Source of the DNA: Octopus sinensis
Taxonomy: Eukaryota
DNA length: 51,153 bases
Direction: 5' to 3'
NCBI RefSeq assembly: GCF_006345805.1
Contig: NW_021834176.1
Span: 1-51,153 of the forward strand
The notes below the pieces were generated by a model, which was not told the origin of the DNA, did not search any database, and saw only the letters and a program-made list of their open reading frames with translations. This document shows positions 11,379-24,263 of the stretch, in pieces. Position 1 is the stretch's first letter, and each line of letters starts with the position of its first letter. Position numbers and translations under genes: made by a program.

Positions 11379-11840
11379 CAGTGCTTCTAAACCAAGGTCC
11401 ACATAACCTTTGGGTATCCATATAAGATTTTGTACGATAAACTATTTTCAGCTCACTATCATGAAGTCGGGTGTGCCATTCCCAGGCCGGGCTGTGTGTT
11501 GTGTTCTTGAGCAAGACTCTATATTTAACGCTGCTCCAGTTCACTCAGCTGTAGAAATGAGTTGCGACGTCACAGGTGCCAAGCTGTATCGAACTTTACC
11601 TTTTCGTTGGATAACATCGGTGACGTAGTGAGGGGAGGCAAGTATGTGTCAGCGACAGTCGGTCTTCCATAAACCACCTTGCCTGGACTTCTGCATCGGA
11701 AGAGAACAATTGTAGGTGCAATCCTATGGTTACTCATGACTGAGTGGGGCTTTAAACCAATTTTTTAAACTAATTTTTTGTCATATACAATTCCTCATAA
11801 TATTTATGTATGAAAACATAATACGTGTTTTTAGACATTG
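11379..11840. mobile_element. Non-autonomous hAT (Charlie-like) element with 8-bp TSD
   Basis: Left end CAGTGCTTCTAAAC, right end GTTTTTAGACATTG (imperfect TIR). Flanks CTTTCAAG (11371-78) and CTTTAAAG (11841-48) match 7 of 8. Confidence 0.65.
11445..11755 (+). mobile_element. SINE family C nested in the hAT element
   Basis: TTGAGCAAGACTCTATATTTAACGCTGCTCCAGTTCACTCAGCTGTAGAAATGAGTTGCGACGTCACAGGTGCCAAGCTGTATCG matches the reverse complement of 7296-7639. Confidence 0.85.
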
Positions 11841-12689
11841 CTTTAAAGATCTCTAAATCAAAATCGTCCATCAAACTTTTCGTGTAAATTCGTATTCCCA
11901 ACACTAGCTTAATTATGACGTATTTCTAAATTCTTCATTATTATCACAATTATTTGAAGCAAAGTCATATATTTCAAAAGTAATATGGTAAAAAAAAAAC
12001 GGACAAAGTCACGGTTTGGCTTCGTCACAGTTAGTTTTCTACTAAATGTTCTCCCCAATTTCACCCAAAGGGCTTGGGTTGTCACGAGACAAGAACGAAA
12101 ATGCCCAAGATTCATTCCAGGTAGTGGAATTGAGAATGATAACTCGTGAGTGTTGCATCCAATATCTTTCGCGAACTGTATCTAATTTCTGAAGGTTTTT
12201 GCAGCTGGTTTTTGCAGATAATTTCCGAACAAACCTGATGTAATAACGTCACAACAATGATACGGATGTCCTGATGAGTCGGTGTTTTTTTATTTATCTA
12301 GTTTAATATTTGTTTGTGAAACATAACATCTATGGTATATAACACAACCATTACGTGATGATATTGTAAGGTTCTGTTTAACTTGTTAGAAATAATAGCC
12401 AAAGTACCCTCAACTCATAATCTTCCGTATTTAAAAATGTATTAAACGAAATGGATATTACAATCCTAGAAACTTTGTGAATGACAAATGCAGCATGGTT
12501 ATAATTATACGCTTTGATTGATTAGAACTTGCATAGGGTTGAACAAAGAAAACGACAGCCGCAAAAACAATATCAAAAACTGCAGAAGCAACACTTTTAC
12601 TTATTACAATGCGGTCATGCTAGGCACCGCCTCGAAGAATTTTCTGTCGAATGAATTGATTGCAGTACTTGTTTTGTTCAAACCTGATA

Positions 12690-12752
12690 GTTATACAGTA
12701 TCACCGGTGTGAAGCAGTGATGGGGGACAAGCACAGACACAAAGATACGCAA

Positions 12753-12803
<51 letters not shown>

Positions 12804-13067
12804 GTGTGTGTGTGTATGTATATACACTATTATTATTTTTATATCAGGGGCTATTACTATAAGTAACGCCTCACGCTGTAATGGGACTCTTGGAATCAAA
12901 GTTTAGAGTCCCATTATAGTGTGAGGCGTTCCTTATAGTAATAGCCCCTGATATAATAATGTGTTTTATATTAAAAGAAAAACATTATTTCCTTATTTAG
13001 CTTTTTCTCAACTGGTTTTGCATGCTGGCTACTTGATACATCTTATATAGATTTTATCCTTATGTTA

Positions 13068-13126
<59 letters not shown>

Positions 13127-13141
13127 ATATCTATCTATCTA

Positions 13142-13190
<49 letters not shown>

Positions 13191-13355
13191 GAGAGACATC
13201 TTTCAGTTTCGGTCTGACAAATGCATTCGCAACCCCTTGGTCGACTTAATGCTATTCTAGAAGACACTTGTCCAAGGTGCCACCCAGTGGGATCGAACCC
13301 GCAACCATGTAGCTGGGAAGCAAACTTCTTTCCACACAGTTACGCATTCACCTAC
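12690..13355 (-). mobile_element. SINE family A with an expanded central microsatellite and a nested MITE
   Basis: GGGGGACAAGCACAGACAC at 12722 and the head GAAGACACTTGTCCAAGGTGCCACCCAGTGGGATCGAACCC at 13260-13300 lie on either side of the TA/TATC tracts. Confidence 0.7.
12845..12950. mobile_element. 106-bp foldback MITE with TA flanks
   Basis: 46-bp arms at 12845-12890 and 12905-12950 (3 mismatches), 14-nt loop, ends CAGGGGCTATTACTATAAG, flanked by TA. Confidence 0.85.
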
Positions 13356-14083
13356 GTGGGGATTTCTTCGCGATTGCAACCGAATGTACATTTATTGCTC
13401 CTTCCTCTCCTCATATTAAGCAAGGTATATTAAATAATGCAGATTGTGTTGAATAACATTATGGGCTGATAATTATTAGGAAGGCACTGGTCCTAGGTCA
13501 GCTCCGAGTAACCTGACATGGAGCTAAAGAACAAATTTCTAAATATTTCTCAATAGAATACTGCATTCTAAGTTTTTATAATTTTTCTTCATTAGAAAAC
13601 GAGGCTGGTATTTTGAGAGCACTTCCTAAGTTTAAGGATCGAGCAACGAAGTATATTGCTTCACACACTGGGTGTTACAGCATCAAAATTGTCGTTGCGA
13701 TTTCTGCCAGAAATTTAACACGAATTTTACTGACACTAAAATGTTTGCTCGCCCCAAAAGAATAAATCCAGATTTTCAAACACCATCTTTGGATTATTGG
13801 AGATATAATGGAAATATATTATATAGATAATAATTCTTTCTTCATGTAAATTCCTTCTCTTCAGGGATAAAACATCTTTATTTGTGGGGCTTGTTGCTAG
13901 TTCATTGTCGATTCATTTGTAAAGGTTTTCTTAAAGTCCTGGGAATGGCTATAACCTGCAACCGGTAGTGGAGTCTTGGTAGATGTGTTCCAGAGTTTTG
14001 AGGAATGTGGACCCACCTTATAATCTTCATTGTTCCTACGTCTACTCTGACCAAGATTGGTAGCACATGCTGAAGATCAAACG

Positions 14084-14247
14084 ATGGGGTGACTAGCATG
14101 TGAACCACTGGAAGTGAAGGACCCCTAGTTCTGGCTGGAACTTCCTTCCAAAAGAAGGTCAAACTATGGGGTGACTAGCATGTGAACCACTGGAAGTGAA
14201 GGACCCCTGCTTTTGGCTGGAACTTCCTTCCAACAGAAGGTGAAATC
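14084..14247. repeat. 82-bp tandem duplication
   Basis: ATGGGGTGACTAGCATGTGAACCACTGGAAGTGAAGGACCCCT... starts at 14084 and again at 14166. Confidence 0.9.
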
Positions 14248-15849
14248 GTATAAAAGAAACATTGATTTGCAGTTTGTTCTTGGTCGTCCGAACCTCTGTT
14301 GTACCATTGTTTTTATAACTGATTGCATTGTAAAACGGGTTCAGTGATGTGGAAGAAATTTATCCACACATACGAATTCATACAGAGGAATTCTCGGATT
14401 CTCGAAGGGTTCAGGAAGTGGTCTTACTCGGTTAAATCTTCAATGGCACCATGTATATAGATAATTGCTTGTTGTGACCTTATCAAGCAGAATTAAGTAG
14501 AACAATAGCACGCGTAAAAACATTGACTATCCCGAGTTTGTTTCTAATATAATAAACCCAGAACTGCAACATTTCAAGCACACGCGACAATTTCAATTTT
14601 AAAATAATAAACGATGATTTAAGAGAGGTTTGGCTTCTATGACTTGCTGCTAATGCTAACAAGACGAGATACCGTTTATTTGCTACATCTTGATTAATGA
14701 CAGACTGAAATCTTGAAACATTTTCTGGTTGAAATAAGAAACACCAATCTATCACAAATAATTTACTTAGTTATTCGAGAACACGCAGTCACAACTGTCT
14801 TCCTAATAAGTAATTATCCTTACATTAGTATCTTAATAAAAGTACGTATATTTATTTACATGTAATTTAAAATCGTGTTATTTCATATCCTTTTTCTTCG
14901 GATAGACTTTTCATCTCTCTCCAGATACAAGCTTCCTATTCATTTTCAAATATATTTAATACTCAAAATAGTGACTTGTTCCTTTATGATGCAGTTCAAT
15001 AACAGAACGTAATATCACACCAAACGCTCACAAAATATAAAGAAATGTCCGTGTGTGCGTCTGTGTATATGTCTGTCTGTTTGTCTGTATATACATGTAC
15101 TCATCAATGTACGCTTTACATATGAACGTATGTATGTATTCCACGGAGCGACAAGTTCAAACGAAACCGTCCACTCAGAATTAAGAACTCAAACGTATGA
15201 CTGAAAGAGAATAAAGTGTTTGATCCAAAATCGTTAGTTCCAGAAAATATATATTGACAAGTTAACAATTATGGATTTTGTGTGTGGTCGAGTATCATAT
15301 GATATACACAGAGCTATAGTTAAATGCCCCAAATCCATATAAATACTGAATGCTAAAATAGATCATTAATTATGTCAACTGAGACACATCACACCACTGA
15401 TACTTACAGTCGTGGTTTTAAGAGGAGAGAAAAAATAACGCCATTTTCTACACGCAAGAATTGAACATGCTTCTATTAAACTTAAACAAAAGAGAAAAAA
15501 GCCTATGTTATATATCGTTTATTTCACTGCATCGTAATCTATATGTACTACTTTATCAAGTTACCAAGATAAATTTTTCCAGTTATTAAATCTCTGACAT
15601 TCTCACAATATATCCTTTGCTCTACGGTTGTTTACTATTAGGTTATCTGCAGTTATTGGATTGATATCGGAGATAAATATCTCCCAGTTATATGATATCT
15701 TGTTTGTAACATTTTATTAATTGCTGCACTGGCTATTATTAGTTACATAGCTAGCCATCTTGAATTAGTTTTTATTGATGCAGCTGTTGTTGCTATTGTT
15801 GTAGTTTTTAAAACGACGAGGTAGCAAAATCGTTAAGTCGCCGATATAT

Positions 15850-16021
<172 letters not shown>

Positions 16022-16992
16022 TAGAAAATAGTAAAAAGTGAAAAAACTACAGAAGGCTTGTTTTAAAAGGTTAAAAAATATATATTTGAGTCAATATGTC
16101 TGAAGAACGTTATAAATTTTTTTTCTTACAATGACATAGTTTAGAAGAAATGACCGGTTCCGCGTTCAGCTTTTCAAATTTCTTACATCGTTATGTTTAC
16201 GTTGAGACGAGTTATCGTTATGTTTATGTTGAGAAGAGTTCTAGATAAGGGGAGGTAATAAGTGATTTCTTCCGGTGTAAGGGAGATAATCGTTTAAAAT
16301 TTTTTGCCTTTCCTTTGGAGTGAATTTCTCTGTATAAGTATGTTGGAATGGTTAAGTCTGGGCTTGTACTTTTCAATGAAGAATGTTTCCTTGTTTAGTC
16401 TAATTTGTGTTGGTGTTCCGATAGCACATTGGTAAAATGGAAAGATTTAAAATTGTGGTAGTAGTTGCTTTGCGCATTTCTCAATGTGCTCACTAAAAGG
16501 TATCATTCTGTATTCTGGGAATGCAATCTGCTGTCGATGCAGTGTGCATCTACGTCTGAGTGATAGTCCCGTGGATCCCACGTAGTCTCGGTGGCAGCCC
16601 GAGCATTTTATGACATAAATTATGTTTTCAGAGGCACAAGTAAAATTAGATTTGATCTTGAATTTCTGTCCCTCTTTGAAGAGGAATCTGATCCTTGTAG
16701 CAGGTTTGGACATGTTGCACAGTTCGGTCTACCACATTTTTTTACTTTTGCATCGTAATTTCAGAAAACAATTTTGCTTTTGTGAGAATCTTCTTAAGTG
16801 ATTTAGGTTGTTTGTAGCTTTTAATGATTTGGTGTATATTTAGAATTTCCTTTAATTTGGGGTCCTTATGAAGTATTGGTAAATTCTGGGTGATGATGGT
16901 GAAAGCTTCTTTGTTTTGGGGGTTGTATGTGGATATGTAAGGTAGTATTTTCGGGGAAGGTGTGTTGTTGTGTTGAACTTTTCTTAAAGTTA
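16022..16992 (-). mobile_element. Penelope-like retroelement remnant PLE-1 (linker + GIY-YIG + 3' UTR), Neptune-like
   Basis: Reads LPYISTYNP...KSYKQPKSLKKILTKAK, then Cys linker CGRPNCATC, then GIY-YIG SNFTCASENIIYVIKCSGCHRDYVGST...RLNKETFFIEKYKPRLN, with frameshifts and an in-frame stop. Both sides abut (TA)n. Confidence 0.9.
16145..16184 (-). ncRNA. Minimal type I hammerhead, U3-A8 variant, in the PLE-1 3' UTR (A13G lesion)
   Basis: AAGAAAT-TTGAAAA-GC(TGAAC)GC-GGAAC-CG-GTC-ATTTCTT. Stem I is 7 bp perfect, stem III is the palindrome ACCGGT, and the triplet is GUC. Confidence 0.7.
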
Positions 16993-17004
16993 TATATACA
17001 TATA

Positions 17005-17082
<78 letters not shown>

Positions 17083-17089
17083 ATATACA

Positions 17090-17295
17090 CATTGTCTGTT
17101 TGTCCCCCACCATCACTTCACAACCGATGTTGGTGTGTTTACATCCCCTAACTTGGCGGTTCGGCAAAAGAAACCGATAGAATAAGTACTAGGTTTACAA
17201 AGAATCAGTCCTGGGGTCCACTTTTCGACTAAAGGCAGTGCTCCAGTATGGCCGCCGCCAAATGACTGAAACAAGTAAAACAGTATAAGAAAGAA
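17090..17295 (+). mobile_element. SINE family A, 3' half
   Basis: TTTGTCCCCCACCATCAC...CGATAGAATAAGTACTAGG...GTGCTCCAGTATGGCCG...GACTGAAACAAGTAAAA. Confidence 0.9.
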
Positions 17296-17788
17296 TAAAT
17301 GTTCGCTCGCAATACACACCACCTGCTCCCTTGAAATGCAGGAAATAGGAACCAATTCTCCCCTTGGATACACCCTTCCATCTCAAGATATAAAGGAAAG
17401 AAACATTGGATTAAATAGTGTAGTGCTTGAAAATTAACAAAAAGACGGGACCATCTTATAATAATTGTTAGTCATTCCGTTACTTAGCCCATCCGTTACG
17501 GTTCCACGTGATTAGTTGAAGGGGGATAGTAGGAATGGAAGGATGGGTGCTGAGTGACAGATGTTTCGGAGCGGGGAGGAGAGTGGGTTGGGGAGTTGAG
17601 GGAGAGGTTTGTAGTGAGTGAGATATGTAATCCTTTTAACTAGGTGTTTTCTTTCTTCAGTTACATAGCCCGTCTGTAATGCTTTCATGTGATTATTTGA
17701 AGGGAAATGCGAAGAGCGAAAGAAAACGGCAAGAGAAAAAGCGAATAAGGCGAAGAGTGAGAGAGAACGAGGGAGAGTGTTCTCTTTT

Positions 17789-18183
17789 ACTATTTTACTG
17801 TTTTACTTGTTTCAGTAATTTGACAGCGGCCATGCTGGAGCACCACCTTTAGTCGAGCAAATCGACCCCAGGACTTATTCTTTGTAAGCCTAGTACTTAT
17901 TCTATCGGTCTCTTTTGCCGAACTGCTAAGATACGGAGACGTAAACACACCAGCATCGGTTGTCAAGCGATGTTGGGGGATGGGGCAAACACAGACACAC
18001 AAACATATACACACACACCACACACATATATATTCGATGGGCTTCTTTCAGTGTTTATCTACCAAATCCACTCATAAGGCTTTGGTCGGCCCGAGGCTAT
18101 AATAGAAGACACTCGCCCAAGGTGCCACGCAGTGGGACTGAACCGGAAACATGTGGTTGGTAAGCAAGCTACTTACCACACAT
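17789..18183 (-). mobile_element. SINE family A, full length
   Basis: Tail, central CA/TA tract and tRNA-like head (GGACTGAACCGGAAACATGTGGTTGGTAAGCAAGCTACTTACCAC) are all present. Confidence 0.92.
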
Positions 18184-18320
18184 CCAATGTCTATAAAATT
18201 ATGCATTAAGGATATAAAGTGCATTATGTAATCATCGAATTCCAATTTCCTTCACTTTTCAATGATTAGCACATGAGCGACTATCTTTTGATTTTGACTC
18301 TACACAGACTTCGCTTTCAG

Positions 18321-18351
18321 GTTTTGGGATAAAATTTTCAGAAATAAACCA
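18321..18351 (+). other. Candidate 31-nt micro-exon (FWDKIFRNKP)
   Basis: CTTCGCTTTCAG acceptor and GTAAGT donor; the frame ending in phase 0 is open. Confidence 0.3.
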
Positions 18352-18432
18352 GTAAGTTCACCATTATTTCCGTGAAATATTCACAGGTTCCTCTAGTATT
18401 TAAAATTCTACCCGACCAGTGCTGATCTGTAG

Positions 18433-18513
18433 TTGATCAAGAACGATAATAAGTACGACAACGACTTCGATCCATTGAATATACCTCCTTGTGTTGTTTT
18501 ATTTCCCGTGTAA
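18433..18513 (+). other. Candidate following exon (LIKNDNKYDNDFDPLNIPPCVVLFPV*)
   Basis: CTGATCTGTAG acceptor after an 81-nt intron. Only phase 0 is open, which matches the upstream micro-exon. The polypyrimidine tract is weak. Confidence 0.2.
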
Positions 18514-18699
18514 AGAAATCAACCAGGCGATGGATGCTGTCCCTTATTCTCATAATGAAATCAGCCACGACGTAGGATTCTCGTAGAAAGGTGACGTGGT
18601 CATCGTAGCTTAAGTAAATGACTTCGCCGAGACAGTGAAACCATGTTACGATTTGCATCAGGCTACTAACAGTCTTAATGAGCTTGTATCAGGTATTAA

Positions 18700-19066
18700 T
18701 GTTTAGAGAAAACAGACAGAGAAAGAGCGGGTGAAGGTGGCAGGAAGAGTGTGAAAGAAATTAGATAAATAGAAAGACAGAGAGAGAATGCGTGAGACTG
18801 TGAAGAGAGAGAAAGCGTTGAAGACTATGTAGAGAGAGGGAGGAATCAAAGAGGAAGAAAGGAATGAAGAAAGTGAAAGAGAAAAGGAGAATATGACTGA
18901 GACAGACGATCTAATGACACTGAGAGAAAGAAAGAGGGAAGAGGGGGTGTTCATCGGATATAATCTAAAGAGACAGAAAGAAATATGTAGAGAAAGACAC
19001 AAATCATACATATACATATATATATGTGTGTGAGTGTGTGTGTGTGTGTGTGTGCGTGCGTGTGCG

Positions 19067-19149
<83 letters not shown>

Positions 19150-19260
19150 ATGAACACAGAGTATGAGAGAGGGCGACACGAATATAAATTTACAGACAGA
19201 AAGAAAGAGACAGAGAGATAGAGAGTGAGGGAGAGAAAGAGAAATCGCCATCTAGAGAGA
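18700..19260. repeat. GA-rich low-complexity tract with TA/TG/CA microsatellites
   Basis: Direct reading of the sequence. Confidence 0.85.
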
Positions 19261-20677
19261 AAAAAAGTTATTTTCCATCTCAAGCTCAACTAGAAAAATC
19301 TTAATGGTGATCTGCTTAGTGAAGCAAGTCTATAATAAATCATGGCAAATCAATGACCCGTGACAACTAAAGTCGGATTAAAACTCGCAAGTGTTATTGA
19401 CTTTCTTGACAGAGGTAGGAATATGTAATCTCATAGAAGCGAGATATTTGGGGAAAAAAATATCACAAAAAAAAATTCAGAATTTCAAAGAAACACACAA
19501 AAAATTTTAAAAAAAAACAGAAATAAATAAATTAAAGAAATGGTGATTAATAAATAGGCCAACTTTTTTTTTCTGTCTTCAGGCAATTGTAACTGGTGTC
19601 TTGAACGAGTTCAAAAATTTTAAGAATAAGATATCAGATACAATGTGATTAGAATAATTGTTCCTAACACCTGAATTTTTACATTTTTGTTTTTAAATTT
19701 ATGTCTTTCCAGAAGAGCATTAAGGTAATGTGGGGTGGGGGAAGGAAATCTATGTAAAAGCGAATGAAAATAGGGATGCTGTTGTTTTACTCTAAGTCAT
19801 ACCTCAGATATCAACTTTATAATCAAAGGCAGTGAAGCACTGGCTGCAACCCGCATCCCTGCTTTGAGATACCGTGTTTTCCCAGGAAAACTATCTAATG
19901 TGTCCATCCTTTAACGTTTTTCATCCTTAAGAACGTGGGTTATGGTTTGAATAATACCTTGATTACTGATAATTGCAACCCTAGCAACGACATAGATTTT
20001 TCACTCATCGTCCTTTTCTCTCGCGTTCTTCCTTCCTTGTGTTCTCAAGTCTATAAACGATACAATATGATTCATTTACGTGTGTATCTCGAAAGAAAAT
20101 ACAAAAGGTTTTATCGTTAATTTCATTTCGAATTTTTATTTAGTAAATTCTTGTTCACTACAGACAATTATGAATGCGAGAGAGAGAGAAGATATTCGAT
20201 TGCTGGCACAAAATGTGATAAAGAAGTGCCGTTGTCCATACGAACTCTTTTACTTTTCCTACCATAAGGTGATATAAAATTGATAAACGCGTGCGATTGT
20301 CCTTTATACCTAGTAAATTTTAACTAATTTATCTTTGGATATACTCCTTCGTAAAGTTTAATACGAAAATAAATATTTCTGCCACAGTAGTAATTTGCTT
20401 TTTAAAATATCGATCCGGGTCGATCAAAGTACTGTGACTCAATATAATCAGTGAAATCCTCTTCCCAAGTTTTTGATCCTCTGCCTGTGTTGGACACATT
20501 TGTTGTTGTTAGTGGTATAATTAATAGTAACACATGGTGGTGGAATATGGTACCACATTCGGTATCTTTAGCAGGGTTGACTCTCTTGCAAGAATTCCCG
20601 GTGTTTGGGTAGGGGACAGCTGTCACTCTCCATTTAATCCTGGAAATCCCGTGAAGGGTCACGATCACTTCTGATCT

Positions 20678-21095
20678 CTCTTTACTCTTTTACTCTTTTA
20701 CTTGTTGCAGTCAATTGACTGTGGCCATGCTGGAGCACCGCCTTTATTCGAGCGAATCGACCCCAGAACTAATTCTTTGTAAGCCTAGTACTTATTCTAT
20801 CGGTCTCTTTTGCCGAAACACTAAGTTACAGGGACGTAAACACACCAGCATCGGTTGTCAAGCGATGTTGGGGGATAAACACAGACACACAAGCATATAC
20901 ACACACATACATATACTTATATGCATATATACGACGGGCTTCTTTCAGTTTCCGTCTGTCAAATCCACTCACAAGGCTTTGGTCGGCCCGAGGCTATAGT
21001 AGAAGACACTTGTCCAAAGTGCCACGCAGTGGGACTGAACCCAGAACCATGTGGTTGGCAAGCATGATAGTTACCACACAGCCACTCCTACGCCT
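20678..21095 (-). mobile_element. SINE family A, full length
   Basis: (CTCTTTTA)n tail, GGCCATGCTGGAGCACC, central tract, and head ending TTACCACACAGCCACTCCTACGCC. Confidence 0.92.
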
Positions 21096-22639
21096 ATCTT
21101 GACTATAAAAATAAAAAGAGAGCAGTGCCCTGGCATGGGCGCATTTCGATGAGGAAAACAGTTAAAACAAAGTCTGTTAGTTTGAAATACAGATTGCAAT
21201 GATTGGATACTATAACGGTTTACAATAATCTTCAATTGCTAAAATTCTAATCTCGCCAATTAACATAAGCTGCAACTGTGATCGTGTAATGTGGTTTTGC
21301 CCCAAGCCTATTCTAATTTAAGGAAAACATCTCTGATCATAGTAGTACCATCGTGGGTATTCAATTTCTTGATTCATTCAAGAATAATCAATCCGTTATC
21401 CAACACGTCCTCTTTTTTATGAGAGTAGCGAGTGATTTAAAAAAAGATTTGGGCAGCAATCTTTAAAAATCTGACCGACACGCTCAGGCTTTGCCATTGT
21501 TGGCAGTGCTAGTTTGTTGTGGCTACCCCTAATACACGTATTGTCCATCGGAGAGAAAATAAAAGGAGGCCTCAGCTTGAGCTGACATTACCTGGCCATT
21601 CCATTCCTCTTTTATGTCACCAACTGGTTGGTTCGCCCTGGACGATCTGTCTACTGACATGTCCGTGAAACCAGAGGAAATAGCCTCTAAATGCGGAGAC
21701 GTAGCGGCTCGATCTGTTCAGATTTTCTGATCTCCGAGCTATATATTCTACAGAGTAAGGTTACCCCAGAGACCCTTCGGAGGAAATCGATTTCGGCCAC
21801 TTGTTTTTGTACCGTTGGTTTAGTATAATACGCAGTCATCGAATTAGCAAAAGAAATTTAAGGGGAGATTTAAATAGCCTTAATAAATTTTAATATCCTT
21901 ACATATGATTTATACACAAAATGCAAGTAGGCAATATTTAAAATAATTCAATATGGTCTCTCTGAAGGAGAACAACTGAATAGACAAGTAAGATAAGGTG
22001 GTACCCCAGTTTAGCCGCAGTCCAACAACTGATACAGTAATATGGTAAATCGAGAGAAATTTTCAAGGCAAGACTGGCCGTTGTCGTACGAATGAAACTG
22101 CAAGAGTAAAACACAGAAACTTAGTTGGCTGTGCCCCAGTATGACCGCATCCCAGAGACTAGTGTAGTGTATTTACAGTTTTCTTTTTCGCGGTCCAATT
22201 AAAAGAGATGGCGTTAATATATTGTGAATAATTTACTAGCTTGAATACGAAGAGAGCGAAAGAGACGGAGAGGAAAATTGATAAAGACAAAGATAAACGT
22301 GGAATGATTGTGTCATTTCAGATAGAGAAAAAGGCAGAAGATAATTTATGTAGAAATTTAGTTCGGTCTCTCGATTCTAGATCGATGTTATTTGAATGTG
22401 CAAACAAAATTAATTGTGACTGTTTTTAAAGAGTTTATCACACTATAGCAAGGTTGTTATCATCTGGCGAATTATCAGCTATTAATACACAATAAAAACA
22501 TCTGTAACTTCATTTCGCTTCGCCTTTAAAGGCAGAATTATCCGGGTTGTTGTTTCGCCTTTAATGTTTATGTACACAGCCAAAATAATTATATTCAATA
22601 TATATAAAATGTTCTCTTTAAATATTCCCTCCTTATTCA

Positions 22640-22691
22640 CTCATATATACACACGCAAACACACACACGCATACATATGAGTATGGATATA

Positions 22692-22729
<38 letters not shown>

Positions 22730-22737
22730 AACATATG

Positions 22738-22778
<41 letters not shown>

Positions 22779-22781
22779 TAT

Positions 22782-22851
<70 letters not shown>

Positions 22852-22865
22852 CATATACATATGCC

Positions 22866-22908
<43 letters not shown>

Positions 22909-22915
22909 ATATGCC

Positions 22916-22946
<31 letters not shown>

Positions 22947-22990
22947 TATATATATATACATACATACATATATAACACACACATATATAT
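22640..22990. repeat. (TA)n field with a recurring CATATGCCTATA unit
   Basis: Direct reading of the sequence. Confidence 0.9.
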
Positions 22991-23607
22991 AGAATGTGAT
23001 AAAGTAGATGAAAGACGTATTAAGTGTACTCTTTAAAGAATTCTTGGTTAATGATAAATAAAGAACATGACAGATTATAATCAATAGGAAATAAATAGAT
23101 ATAATTATTTTTGTTTTTATATTTTTATCCTTTGGCTTTGATTTTTCTGGTTTTTTGCATTTTCTATATTCTGTTTTCCTGCTTTGTTTTGTTTTTTTTT
23201 TGTTTTTTTTTGTTTTTTTTTTGTATGGCGAAGTTAAAGGAAGGAGAGTTACAATGCCAATAACCTTTAATCAGCTCTCGCTGATAAAATCTGGCTCTGA
23301 CACCGGAAGCCATTCGACATAATTCGAAAACTCAAAATGATCTCTCGAAGCTGAACGAGTGTGTGGAGGACGGTTTCAACATTGCTTTTGCTTGTTCTGG
23401 ACGTCAGACTGACAGCATATCAGATGATATTTATTCCGAAATAGCGACGTGTTGTTTTTGTGAACAGTCTCCAATGTTTCTGTTTTATATATTAAACAAA
23501 GACATTTGTATAATACTTCTCTACACTTACATGGTAACATCAACGTTTCGATTTTCGCCAGTAACGTCATCACGATAAAAATCATCGAAAATGATAATTT
23601 CGCTTAG

Positions 23608-23618
23608 ATAGACAGACG

Positions 23619-23682
<64 letters not shown>

Positions 23683-23719
23683 AATAGATAGACAGATAGA
23701 TAGATGGATGGATGGATAA

Positions 23720-23785
<66 letters not shown>

Positions 23786-23806
23786 GGATGGATGGATAAA
23801 TAGAGG

Positions 23807-23871
<65 letters not shown>

Positions 23872-23880
23872 TTAGATAGA
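23608..23880. repeat. (GATA)n microsatellite
   Basis: Direct reading of the sequence. Confidence 0.95.
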
Positions 23881-24197
23881 TGAAGAGAGAGAAATAGAGA
23901 GACTAACAGAGAAGAGAGAGAAAGATACTGTATATATGAATATATGCGTGCAAGCTTCCTTATACCAAAAACAGCAGGAAACTAACGAAAGTGTTTATGT
24001 AACTCCTGTTCTTTTATCATTCATTTATATAATATCCTGCTGTCTAATGATCTGCTTGCTATAAGTGTACGGAGCGGAGTACGTTACACAAGTCATGCCT
24101 TCTGCCTGTATGAACCCACCAATACTGTAAAGTATAAGTATATTCATCTCAAGCAACCGGCTGTCAGTACTATTCTGGCCAAGAGAATAACACACCA

Positions 24198-24263
<66 letters not shown>

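Noticed and set aside
12268-12350. CTGATGAG core match
   Set aside because: No stem II closing onto a nearby GAAA.
14084-14247. CRISPR-like array (also considered for 26568-26671)
   Set aside because: Only two adjacent units with no unique spacers, in a eukaryotic context with no cas genes.
16447-16713. GIY-YIG ORF as a homing endonuclease or UvrC-like host gene
   Set aside because: It lies in register with PLE linker and RT-thumb remnants and is frameshifted.
23535-23580. Hammerhead-like GTGATGA...GAAACGTTGAT on the minus strand
   Set aside because: G at position 3 opposite G8 and no pairing stem II; at best a heavily decayed relic.
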